IMG/VR virus record: IMGVR_UViG_3300032304_000721
Span: 10,097 to 74,096 of that record
Source: a virus
Reading direction: 5' to 3' (one strand)
Length of the DNA stretch: 64,000 nucleotides
In this document: piece after piece, positions 1-9,211 of the stretch
How the letters are laid out: every line of letters starts with the position of its first letter
How positions within the stretch are numbered: position 1 is the first letter of the stretch
The notes under the pieces: generated by a model
Told to the model about the DNA's origin: nothing
What the model saw: the letters and a program-made list of their open reading frames with translations, nothing else
Databases searched by the model: none
Program-made: the position numbers and the translations under genes

Positions 1-2
1 AT

Positions 3-1193
3 CGTATAAAGCAGGGGCGAGCGTATCCTAACCTAGCTGTACATGCCGCTGAACCTTATACACCAGCGTGGCGTGAGTTTGGTCAGCATTGGCCCTACGT
101 TGTGCCCTTTGAACTAATTACACACTGTGAAACTCATGCGTATCCGTATAGCGTAACCGCTACCAGTGAGTATCTAGCTAGTAATACAACGCTTCGACAC
201 TGGTATCCTGTACAGTGGGGATGGTTCAGCTTTGATCTGGACTACTTCTCACTGTTACCGCCCGAGGTTAAATGCTTATTAGCAGATACGAGCCTTAATT
301 TACGGATATTATTTTATTATCATGAAGGTGATAACCCTAATAAGATAAAACAACGGTTAGATCTACTGTGTGAGCGAAACGGTTTAGCATGTAGTGTATA
401 TAGGTTAGTAAGCGGAAACACAGCCGGTGATCGTTTAGAACACACTAGTTATTTTTGTGATCATGAATTACTATATTATATGAGAAATAAAGCGATACGG
501 GCAAAACAGCCAGAATTCCTTAAAACCGGGGTTCCCATGAGGTCGAGTTTTTTATTACTGTCTAGATCGCACAAATGGTGGCGAGCAACGGTTCTAACGG
601 ACCTGCAGCGCCAGGGACTGTTGCGCAGTGCCGTGTGGTCGTACAATACCACCGTAGACATAGGCGATCGTGTAGAAGAGTGTCCTTTTGAATTAGATCG
701 CTTGGCGATAAGAGCGGATATAGAACGGTTTCTCGCTGCGGGTCCTTACACATGTGATGATCTAGATGCTCGAGCACATAATGATCATTCTATACACGTA
801 CAGCAACACTATGATCGAACAGCGTGTAGTATAGTGTTAGAAACTCACTTTGATGCAGACGGTAGCCGCGGTGCTTTCCTAACCGAAAAGACCTTTAAGT
901 GTTTAAAGCATGGTCACCCGTTTGTGTTGTTTGCACCTGCCCATAGCTTACAAGCATTACGTACGATGGGCTATAGAACCTTTGATACTGTAATAGATCC
1001 CACATACGATACAATAGCAAATAATACTGAACGTTATCTAGCTGTGATGCACACTATACAGCAATTAAGTCTCGTCGAGCCTAACGCATTATATAACAGC
1101 TGCTTGGATGATATACAGCATAATCAACAGTTATTTTTGGCCTCCAAATGGTCGCGTTTAAATACATTATACGAAAGATTACACAATGAATAA
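3..1193 (+). CDS. Hypothetical protein with glycosyltransferase (GT10-like) C-terminal motif; 5'-truncated by window edge
   Basis: Frame is open from position 3 (RIKQGRAYPNL...) upstream of the listed GTG at 102. ETHFD...FLTEKTFKCLKHGHPF motif is shared with 10538..11686 and resembles the 'TEK' motif of GT10 fucosyltransferases. Confidence 0.5.
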   Translation, partial: RIKQGRAYPNLAVHAAEPYTPAWREFGQHWPYVVPFELITHCETHAYPYSVTATSEYLASNTTLRHWYPVQWGWFSFDLDYFSLLPPEVKCLLADTSLNLRILFYYHEGDNPNKIKQRLDLLCERNGLACSVYRLVSGNTAGDRLEHTSYFCDHELLYYMRNKAIRAKQPEFLKTGVPMRSSFLLLSRSHKWWRATVLTDLQRQGLLRSAVWSYNTTVDIGDRVEECPFELDRLAIRADIERFLAAGPYTCDDLDARAHNDHSIHVQQHYDRTACSIVLETHFDADGSRGAFLTEKTFKCLKHGHPFVLFAPAHSLQALRTMGYRTFDTVIDPTYDTIANNTERYLAVMHTIQQLSLVEPNALYNSCLDDIQHNQQLFLASKWSRLNTLYERLHNE

Positions 1194-2220
1194 TACTACA
1201 GGAATTAGCAGTTATACCAGTTGGCAACCGCTTGAAGAAGTCATAGTGGGACGTGCATACAGTCCGGACTATTTTGACTTTGTAGACAATGCACAAGTAC
1301 GAGCTCAACTACAGCAGATCTTGGCCGAAACCGAAGAAGATTTAGATGCATTAAGTCGTACTATAGAAACATATGGTGCCCGTGTGCGTAGACCGGATTT
1401 GCCTAGTAAAGACAGCTTTGTATGGCATCAAACCGAAGGTGGTGGAGCACCTTTACCACCGTTAACTCCGAGGGATTGGCAGATATCGTTAGGTGATAAA
1501 CTATTGCGTGTACTAGCTATGCCGGAGTTAGATTCAATATGTCGAGACTTTGCGGATCAGGTTGTTAATCCACATAGATCGGCTTGGGATCCTGACTGCA
1601 TATTAAATCAAGCGTCAGCATCGTGTATAGTACGTGTGGGTGAGGATGTGTTCTTTGATAACTCAGACTTTTTGCGTCCCGAACAGACTGCTTGGATAGT
1701 GGACAACGTACTAGATTCAAGATACCGCGTACACGAAGCTGTAACAGACGGCCACGGTGATGCTGTGTTTGCTATCTTAAAACCCGGGGTTATATTGTCA
1801 AGCAAACACGATATGCACCTGGATCTAGCTGGTGACTTTCCCGGTTGGGAAGTGTGCAAAGTGTGGGACAGTTCGATCTGGGCTGCTATGGAAGTGGGCA
1901 AGTTTAAATATGAACAATCGCCCGGGGCTTGGTATGTACAGGGTCAAACTCCCACGCCAGAGTTTACAGACTTTGTCAATACGTATCTAAACAAGTGGAC
2001 CGGCTTTGTGGCCGAAACAGTATTTGATGTCAACTGTCTAGTACTAGACGAAAGTCACGTAATATTCTCAGCTTATAATAAACCAGTGTTTGACTTCTGT
2101 AGAAGCCACGGTATTGAACCTATTATAAGTGAACTGCGACACAGTTACTTCTGGGACGGTGGTATTAGCTGCTGTACTCAGGATCTACGCAGGCGCGGTG
2201 GGTTAGAACGCTACTTGTAA
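1186..2220 (+). CDS. Amidinotransferase (glycine/inosamine-phosphate amidinotransferase family)
   Basis: N-terminal SYTSWQPLEEVIVGR, PRD, HGD and C-terminal GGISCCT with catalytic Cys, typical of pentein-fold amidinotransferases. Confidence 0.85.
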   Translation: MNNTTGISSYTSWQPLEEVIVGRAYSPDYFDFVDNAQVRAQLQQILAETEEDLDALSRTIETYGARVRRPDLPSKDSFVWHQTEGGGAPLPPLTPRDWQISLGDKLLRVLAMPELDSICRDFADQVVNPHRSAWDPDCILNQASASCIVRVGEDVFFDNSDFLRPEQTAWIVDNVLDSRYRVHEAVTDGHGDAVFAILKPGVILSSKHDMHLDLAGDFPGWEVCKVWDSSIWAAMEVGKFKYEQSPGAWYVQGQTPTPEFTDFVNTYLNKWTGFVAETVFDVNCLVLDESHVIFSAYNKPVFDFCRSHGIEPIISELRHSYFWDGGISCCTQDLRRRGGLERYL

Positions 2221-2766
2221 TTAAGAAAAGTACCAGTAACTTGATACTCTGATATGACCCGCTGGTACCGGATTCAACATGGCATGCCACTGCAGGGGTT
2301 GACTACCATCCGGGTCGGCGTGATTCAACATGATGTAGCCTGAGTTGGGTCTGCTCTCAAACTGGTACAACAAACTCTCTAGTGTCTTATAATGATAAAA
2401 ACCGGTGCCCCACTCGGGTCCAGGCACTGTCCAGTACAGCTGCATGGCCGTGGGCAAATGCCCATCTGTATGCATTAAACAGGTAAAGCCCGGCAGATCT
2501 ATCCAGAAATGCCCGCGTGACTGTTGGAACTCGGTGCCCAGGGCACGATTTATTTCCGGTAAGCACCTGTTGATATACCCACTGTAACGCACTGCTGTGG
2601 GATCCGACCATGTCACTTGTTGACGTGGCCATGACTCTTGTCCGCTACTTGATTCACGGGTCACAGCGCACCAGTCAGTGGCACATATTTCATCTGCTTG
2701 AGTTGCAGGCAACAAGTCCGATACCTGCCATAAACGACCCGGCACTATAGGCGTAAACTGAGTCAT
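2221..2766 (-). CDS. 2OG-Fe(II) oxygenase superfamily protein
   Basis: HTD...WH facial triad and C-terminal RVS (RxS) 2-oxoglutarate-binding motif. Confidence 0.75.
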   Translation of the reverse strand: MTQFTPIVPGRLWQVSDLLPATQADEICATDWCAVTRESSSGQESWPRQQVTWSDPTAVRYSGYINRCLPEINRALGTEFQQSRGHFWIDLPGFTCLMHTDGHLPTAMQLYWTVPGPEWGTGFYHYKTLESLLYQFESRPNSGYIMLNHADPDGSQPLQWHAMLNPVPAGHIRVSSYWYFS

Positions 2767-4241
2767 TAGCTGTGTACTCGTACACCGTACAGCTGCTCAA
2801 AGCGATCGGCATCTGATCGATCGTTTACCATGGGTTCACCACGTATGTTCAAGCTGGTATTTAACAACATGGGACAGCCAGTTGCTGCGTACCATGCTTC
2901 TAGCAATCGTCTAATGCCCGAGCCATCTTTACTTACTGTTTGTATTCTGCTGGTACCGTCGTGATGCACAATGGCCGGGTACAGGTCGGGCCCGAGACAA
3001 CGACCCACTGCCTGCATGTAACTGGTGTCAACAAAGCCCGCGGGCATGTTAAAATAGTCTGCTGCATATTCCGCCAACACCACAGGCGCAAAGGGTCTAA
3101 ATGCTTGTCTACGTTTGATTTGATTTACCAGATCCTTTATATCAGGTCCGCGGGGGTCTGCGAGCAAACTTCTGTTTCCCAGGGCTCTGGGTCCAAACTC
3201 TGCCCGACCGCTAGCGACACCGCAGATTCTATCATGTTGTAAACTATGTAGGCAGGCATCAACGGGATACTCACCAGGGATTGCCTGGCCAAGGTAGGCT
3301 GTGTGCCAGTTAATGCGACCTCCATACGCGAGGGCGGCAGCACCAATGCTACTACCACTATCACCAGGGCAAGGCATAATCCAAACGTTTTCAAAATAAT
3401 CACCTAAGTTTCTATTGGCAAGACAGTTTAATGCAACACCGCCTTGATATACTAGATTTGTGCTCCACCCAAAATCTCTAGCACGACGCATAATGGTATA
3501 TATCAGTTGTTCTGTTATCGCTTGTGCAGATGCCGCAATATCCGCATTTCTGGCCGCTGGCAACCAGTCAGGGTCTATGCCTATGTGCAAGTTCTCCTCC
3601 AACAAGGCTCCCAATTCATCCACATAACAGGGTTCACCATATGCAGCCATGCCCATGGTAATGTACTCTTCATCCATGGGGTGCAGGCCTATACGTTGCG
3701 TAACAGCCGAATAAAATAGGCCTATACTGCGTGGGTAGCGTTGTACCCATAGCCGTTTATACACAGCATGTCCTGCGCGATCATACTCAGCAGCATATAT
3801 AGTGGCAGTATCAAATTCGCCAATGGCATCAATGACCACCACAGTGGCCCGGTCAAACGGGCTGGTTTGAAAGCCTGCGGCTGCATGGCTCAGGTGATGG
3901 CTGTAACTGCGTATGTGCGGGTGTGGGTGCTGTAACCACCCACCCAGTTGTTGTTCGATCACTTGGCCCGTAGTTATGCTGTTCCAGTCTATGCCCTCAC
4001 TTGATCTCAGTCTACGCAACTGTTTGAGCCAAGGACGTTCGTAGTAAGCAATGGTATCTATTTGATAACTGTCAAACTCGGCCAACAGGGCCGGGTGTAT
4101 GTCAGCATCGTTCTTGCGTTTGCTGTAGCGTTCTGCATGCCCAGCAAATACTATGTCGCCCTGTGTGCTGATCACAGCTGCTGCAGCATCGTGGAATCCG
4201 GCACTGATGCCTAGGATGTATTCCGGGGGCGCCAGTTTCAT
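2766..4241 (-). CDS. O-carbamoyltransferase, NodU/CmcH family
   Basis: ILGISAGFHDAAAA, ERYSKRK, HHLSHAAA, DAIGE, GGVALNC, GRAEFGPRALGNRSLL, RPFAP, LLNTSLN motifs. Confidence 0.95.
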   Translation of the reverse strand: MKLAPPEYILGISAGFHDAAAAVISTQGDIVFAGHAERYSKRKNDADIHPALLAEFDSYQIDTIAYYERPWLKQLRRLRSSEGIDWNSITTGQVIEQQLGGWLQHPHPHIRSYSHHLSHAAAGFQTSPFDRATVVVIDAIGEFDTATIYAAEYDRAGHAVYKRLWVQRYPRSIGLFYSAVTQRIGLHPMDEEYITMGMAAYGEPCYVDELGALLEENLHIGIDPDWLPAARNADIAASAQAITEQLIYTIMRRARDFGWSTNLVYQGGVALNCLANRNLGDYFENVWIMPCPGDSGSSIGAAALAYGGRINWHTAYLGQAIPGEYPVDACLHSLQHDRICGVASGRAEFGPRALGNRSLLADPRGPDIKDLVNQIKRRQAFRPFAPVVLAEYAADYFNMPAGFVDTSYMQAVGRCLGPDLYPAIVHHDGTSRIQTVSKDGSGIRRLLEAWYAATGCPMLLNTSLNIRGEPMVNDRSDADRFEQLYGVRVHS

Positions 4242-4339
4242 TTGTATATAAATGGGTCTCTTTTGCGCAGTTCTTTCAGCTTCTTGCGATAGCGCATCTC
4301 CAGCCGTATCCGATTGTACAAGTTCTTTATCCAGTTCAT
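4238..4339 (-). CDS. Small basic 33-aa protein MNWIKNLYNRIRLEMRYRKKLKELRKRDPFIYK (not in ORF track)
   Basis: Fills the operon gap exactly, with ATGA overlaps to both neighbours and an AAGGA RBS upstream. Confidence 0.8.
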   Translation of the reverse strand: MNWIKNLYNRIRLEMRYRKKLKELRKRDPFIYK

Positions 4340-5367
4340 TTCAGTTCCTTTATTTGTAGTTGTGCGTAGTCTGCATCTCGCCAATGATACGGGTATTCTG
4401 CTCGGTGCAGACTGGTACGTACAGCAGTCACATTTAATCTAGTATTTAATAGCGCCCAAATCCGTCTATAATCTTCTGTGCCAAATGTGCGAATCAAGTC
4501 AACTTGTGCTATTTGAGGGTGTCCTATAGTAAGGCTTTTGTCGTCTGGGTCAAATCCGTTCGCAGTCAACCAAGTTCTAAACTCTGCTAACTGTCGTCGT
4601 TGCCACTCGTATGCTCCGGGATTGTTGGCCCACTCTATGTCAAAGTCTGCACAGGCCAAGGTCTGCGTGGCCAAACTAGTTGTGGTCAGTTCACCTATTC
4701 TGCTGTCACGTCCTTCATCGCAGAACACTTCCCAATGATGTTTGCCCACTGCTTTGTTAACACCCACATACACACCACCCAGACTTCTATTAATAGTGTC
4801 TATGCCAAACAGCTTATAATCTTCTGTGTCCAACTCAAACCTTGGCGCATTTAACCAGCACATGAGTTGGCTGGGACGCATCCATTCTGGAGCAGTTTCC
4901 AGCTTGCGTTTGCTCAGTTGCCATGATTCAAACTCATGACACAAGAGATTCAACTGACGTATGTGCCAGCGTGTGTACGGGTCAGCAGCTGTATAGTAAG
5001 GGCTAGGTGCGTGTGCAGTGCCCTGTAGATCTTCAAAGTATCTGTGCAACAGGTTAAATTCTGCATGGTCAACACCACCGGCTGCTGTGACACTGCGTTG
5101 CATGGTAAAGGTATGATCTATTCGGTAGTCTATTGCACTGGCATTGACGGCAGCTATGCTGGAGTTGATGGCAGCTATCAAGTAGTCACCTGTGCGTGGA
5201 CCTTCGGCCCAGCCCAACCAGCAGTAGTTCTTTTCCAAGTGTAGACCCTGCTCTATTACACCATTTAAAGCGGTCAACCATTTTCTACTAAGACTGTTGT
5301 CCACCACATCAATGTACACAGTCAAGTCTGTCAAGTCTAGTTCTACAGTATCAAGCAATGCCATCAT
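4336..5367 (-). CDS. Hypothetical protein
   Basis: 343-aa ORF overlapping both neighbours in the operon; no recognised motif. Confidence 0.7.
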   Translation of the reverse strand: MMALLDTVELDLTDLTVYIDVVDNSLSRKWLTALNGVIEQGLHLEKNYCWLGWAEGPRTGDYLIAAINSSIAAVNASAIDYRIDHTFTMQRSVTAAGGVDHAEFNLLHRYFEDLQGTAHAPSPYYTAADPYTRWHIRQLNLLCHEFESWQLSKRKLETAPEWMRPSQLMCWLNAPRFELDTEDYKLFGIDTINRSLGGVYVGVNKAVGKHHWEVFCDEGRDSRIGELTTTSLATQTLACADFDIEWANNPGAYEWQRRQLAEFRTWLTANGFDPDDKSLTIGHPQIAQVDLIRTFGTEDYRRIWALLNTRLNVTAVRTSLHRAEYPYHWRDADYAQLQIKELK

Positions 5368-6637
5368 ACCATGCTCCTATTTCAGGGTCTTCGTGCAGTA
5401 TATCTGCCAGTGTGTACGTGTCGCCACGTATGCGTTCCAGTTGTTGTATTCTTCGTTTGCCCATTGCTAGCTGCGCTGCGGCTTCGCCGTGGTTCCATTG
5501 TTCACTAAAGGTGGGCCTGCGTTTTAGCTGTTGTAACACGTCGTGTAGTGCGCCTGCGGGTAAGTCGGCTGTTAAACGATCCACTGTACGGTCCAGCAGG
5601 TCACGCGGCAGTGCCAATGGGCTTAAGATAATATCTGGGCTAAAACTGAATATGACTTTGGCCAGGATGTCCACATCAAATTCATCAGCTAACTGTTGTA
5701 TGTTTTGGACTTCAAATAAACCGGGCAGTGTGAGTGTAAAGTCTATACGCATTTGTCTACGGTTCCGTGCGTATTGTAGGCCTTGTTCAAAGTTTGCCCG
5801 CCATGACTCATAGTTCAACCCTGTGCGTATATACTCTCCCACACGTCCTGTGCCATCCAGACTGGCGCATATTTGCCAGTCACGTACATGTGCCAAGATA
5901 TCTGTGTACAGGTTCACACCCCGATAGTTGACCCTGCTAAGGTTGGTGTTGTAACGTGCATACACACGTGGACCGTCTCCCAGGGCCACTATGCGTTGCA
6001 TGTAGCGCCAGTGTTGTTCGTACATGAGCGGTTCGCCACCTACCCAGTACACTTCTTCTACTCTATGCTGTTCTACAGCGTCACCGAACTCCTGCTCGAT
6101 TTGTGTGTCTTGGAATGCTGTTATCGATTCACGTACAGCAGGTTGCATCCATGAATTCTTAGGGTTGGTCCAGTCAATCATGGCATGTGTACGCTGTTCC
6201 GTTTCCCAGCTACTGCTCAACATATCCCCACATGTACGACATTTAAAGTTGCACAAGTTTGAGAAGCGGTAGTCCCAGCTTACAGGTAGGGCAGTTGTCG
6301 ATCCTGCGTCGTCTGTGGCAGCCAATACTGCGTCACGCAAGTGCCCAAACATTCTGTTAAAGTAACTACGATACACGTCTGTATTCAGTAACTGTTCGTT
6401 GCATACAGCACATTCTGGCAGGGTTTCGTTGGCCATCATACGGCGTCTAACACTGCGCATGTGATCACTGTTCCAATGCTGTTCTAATGTTTGGGGCCGG
6501 TACTCACCTGTGCCTGCAGCAGTGTCTATGTACTGCTCAAAGCTCTGTGCAGGTTCTCTTGATGCACAGCACATACGCCGTTCAGTTTGTGGGCTAACGT
6601 ATGTGTGTACCCAAGGTGCTAGACACAGCTTATCCAT
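5351..6637 (-). CDS. Radical SAM protein with N-terminal SPASM/twitch-like Cys domain
   Basis: CNFKCRTC (CxxxCxxC), GGEPL; N-terminal CLAPW...MCC...CAVC. Confidence 0.92.
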   Translation of the reverse strand: MDKLCLAPWVHTYVSPQTERRMCCASREPAQSFEQYIDTAAGTGEYRPQTLEQHWNSDHMRSVRRRMMANETLPECAVCNEQLLNTDVYRSYFNRMFGHLRDAVLAATDDAGSTTALPVSWDYRFSNLCNFKCRTCGDMLSSSWETEQRTHAMIDWTNPKNSWMQPAVRESITAFQDTQIEQEFGDAVEQHRVEEVYWVGGEPLMYEQHWRYMQRIVALGDGPRVYARYNTNLSRVNYRGVNLYTDILAHVRDWQICASLDGTGRVGEYIRTGLNYESWRANFEQGLQYARNRRQMRIDFTLTLPGLFEVQNIQQLADEFDVDILAKVIFSFSPDIILSPLALPRDLLDRTVDRLTADLPAGALHDVLQQLKRRPTFSEQWNHGEAAAQLAMGKRRIQQLERIRGDTYTLADILHEDPEIGAWYDGIA

Positions 6638-7856
6638 GTGGACCTGGGTAGTTGATCAAGTCAGCAAACTCGGGTTGTACAGTTCTAAGATCTTGCTCAC
6701 GCTTGCGATCTAGATCTGCTATTTTCATACGTAGTAGTTGGCCGTCTAGGCTTGCACCTGCTGTCATAAATGCCACTATGCGATCGAACTCTGCTTGCGC
6801 GGCGTCGCTCACGCTCCCGCTGGTGCGTAGTCGGGTTGTGATAGCAGACTTGGCCCCTTCGGGCAAGGTACTGACGCTAAAGTAGTAGGCTTCGTGCATC
6901 ATATTCCAATACACATAGTCAAAGCCCTGTGCGTAATTCCACTCTGCCAATTCTGGCAAGTATAGCACGTTAAACACATTCACTGTTGAACATACCTGTA
7001 AGCGTATGTTGGACAATTCTCGACGCAGTTGTCTAAAGCGGGCTATGTTAGCTTCTACTTCGGTCCATACAGCATTGCTGCGTTGATATTCAAAACGTGC
7101 TCCTACATCATCTATACTAAACGCTATTTCTACCAGTTTAAAGTGACGCCATATAGCAGGTCCTTGTTCTGGCCATTGTGTACCGTTTGTGTTATAGTGT
7201 ATTTCGATGCTGCCTGCCAGCCCACGGTCAACCAGTCCTTGTAACATATCAAAGTGCTCTTGTATCATAAAAGGTTCACCGCCGGTAAACTCTATGTACC
7301 GAATTTGATCACTTATCTGTTCTATTTCACGCCAAAACGTAGGGTTCTCTCTGGGCCATGCTCCTTGTTTCAACATGGTGTAATGATGGCTGGCTTTACG
7401 ATCGGCCGTTGGCCCTAGCCAGTTGAGTTCTTCTGCGGCAAACGTACTTGAACTCCACGATCCACATATACGACATTTTAAGTTACATATATTGCCCAGC
7501 TTGAGATCTAGAAACATCAGGGGTTTGGCTGCAGCTGTCCACTCTGTCTCGTGATCCAGCATGTGCTTGAGTCTATCTAGTGTATGCATACGTTTACTGG
7601 TACGGCCTGCACGTTCTTCTCTCCAGCACTTTCTGCATGTTTGTGGTTGCTTTGCATCAATAAAGTCTTGTCTGAGTTGTCGCATACTTGAGCTGTTTTG
7701 TATGGCGCTGAACTCAGCATGGGCCAGATTAAACTTTGTACCATCATCGTCGACCAGCTCATCTTCGGCCAGGCAACAAGGACGTACAGTGCCAACAGGA
7801 CTGGTTTCTAAACTGACCCAAGGCAATACACAAAATTTGTCATGTGGTATGTTCAT
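6630..7856 (-). CDS. Radical SAM protein with N-terminal SPASM/twitch-like Cys domain
   Basis: CNLKCRIC, FTGGEPF, YNTNGT; N-terminal CVLPW...PCC...CRKC. Confidence 0.92.
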   Translation of the reverse strand: MNIPHDKFCVLPWVSLETSPVGTVRPCCLAEDELVDDDGTKFNLAHAEFSAIQNSSSMRQLRQDFIDAKQPQTCRKCWREERAGRTSKRMHTLDRLKHMLDHETEWTAAAKPLMFLDLKLGNICNLKCRICGSWSSSTFAAEELNWLGPTADRKASHHYTMLKQGAWPRENPTFWREIEQISDQIRYIEFTGGEPFMIQEHFDMLQGLVDRGLAGSIEIHYNTNGTQWPEQGPAIWRHFKLVEIAFSIDDVGARFEYQRSNAVWTEVEANIARFRQLRRELSNIRLQVCSTVNVFNVLYLPELAEWNYAQGFDYVYWNMMHEAYYFSVSTLPEGAKSAITTRLRTSGSVSDAAQAEFDRIVAFMTAGASLDGQLLRMKIADLDRKREQDLRTVQPEFADLINYPGPHG

Positions 7857-9211
7857 TTGTGTTTGAGTATTCTGTGAGCACGTCCAGTGGGCAAACGCTG
7901 TTCTTCTGGACGATATTTGACAATTGCTTCCAGTTCCGGCACCACTGCCAGTAGGCTTTCGTTACGTGCCCAATCCAAGTCGTTTACTGTGCGCCAAAAG
8001 TCTGGAAGCAGATGACTATTGTCAATGGCCATCATAAACTCTATAGCACCTCGAAAGCCGCCAATGGCACGTTGTATGCCATCTATGGGTTCTAGCCAAG
8101 CTATATGTTGTTCAAAGTCTTGTTTAAATTGTTGTTTAATATCTGCGGGCAACATGTCTATACGATAGTCCTGCGGTCCTTGCAAGATGTTTAGGTTAAA
8201 GTCTTGTGCCGCAATGAACCCGGATTCTACCATGTAACGATGAAAACGTGTAAAGTTCCATATGTTCATCATGCTTAGGGTGGGGCTGATCATAAAGTCT
8301 ATATGCGGACATTGCTCCTTCAGGTCACGTATGTTCTGCTCTACCTGTGCCCAGTCTGTTCCTGACCGTATGACTTCAGCTCTAGCACCCATGTCATCCA
8401 AACTGGCGGCCACACACACTGCGGGGAACTGTTTCCACAGGTCCAGTACACTTTCTCGTTTGTAGCGCAACTCGTTCAAGTTAGTATTATAAATTAGTCT
8501 AACATTGGTATTGCCTTTTTCTATTAACAATTTAAGTATGCGATTATGCTCTTCCATGATTAGCGGCTCGCCGCCGGCAAAGTATATTTGATCCAGGTGC
8601 GGAACATGTTCTTGCATCTGCTCCCACACATCTTCTTCGTGTCGGCCTGCAAACTGTACACGCGGACGTAGTTCTTTGCCCCAAAGTTTGACATCGTCGT
8701 CGTACCAGCGACTACTGAATATACTGCCGCAACTACGGCATTTGAGTTGACAGATGTTGGAGAAGCGAACGTCCCAATAGTGCAGTTTAAAATCAGGCAA
8801 ACTACCGTCGGGCAAGGTAGCGTCTACTTCTGCTATGTGTTGTCCAAAGTTTTTGTTGCTGTTGTTGCGCATACTGGCAAATCCAAAGCTTTCTTGCTCG
8901 TAACAATCACCACACTCTGCACAAGGCTTGTCTTCCAGCATGTTCTGACGCATGGTTCGCATGGGCGCATCGTTCCATATGTCCCGCATGGGTTTTTCTT
9001 TAAAATTGCCCACAGGGTGTTCGGCCTTGCCCAAACAACAAGGATAAGCACGACCGTCGGGCCATGCATGTAAGTGTATCCAAGGCAACATACAAAATGT
9101 GTCTGATTCCATCAGTCTATGCTGTTGTTGCTCAGTGAGATCTTCTAACGGAATATAACTGGGCACACGATCTTGCCAGTTGTACTTGCCTATAATTTTC
9201 TTTTCGCTCAT
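7853..9211 (-). CDS. Radical SAM protein with N-terminal SPASM/twitch-like Cys domain
   Basis: CQLKCRSC, FAGGEPL; N-terminal CMLPW...PCC...CGDC. Confidence 0.92.
   Translation of the reverse strand: MSEKKIIGKYNWQDRVPSYIPLEDLTEQQQHRLMESDTFCMLPWIHLHAWPDGRAYPCCLGKAEHPVGNFKEKPMRDIWNDAPMRTMRQNMLEDKPCAECGDCYEQESFGFASMRNNSNKNFGQHIAEVDATLPDGSLPDFKLHYWDVRFSNICQLKCRSCGSIFSSRWYDDDVKLWGKELRPRVQFAGRHEEDVWEQMQEHVPHLDQIYFAGGEPLIMEEHNRILKLLIEKGNTNVRLIYNTNLNELRYKRESVLDLWKQFPAVCVAASLDDMGARAEVIRSGTDWAQVEQNIRDLKEQCPHIDFMISPTLSMMNIWNFTRFHRYMVESGFIAAQDFNLNILQGPQDYRIDMLPADIKQQFKQDFEQHIAWLEPIDGIQRAIGGFRGAIEFMMAIDNSHLLPDFWRTVNDLDWARNESLLAVVPELEAIVKYRPEEQRLPTGRAHRILKHK

Noticed and set aside
1186-4339. Saxitoxin biosynthesis cluster
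   Set aside because: Only shared enzyme families; no SxtA-like PKS/aminotransferase or other core genes in the window.
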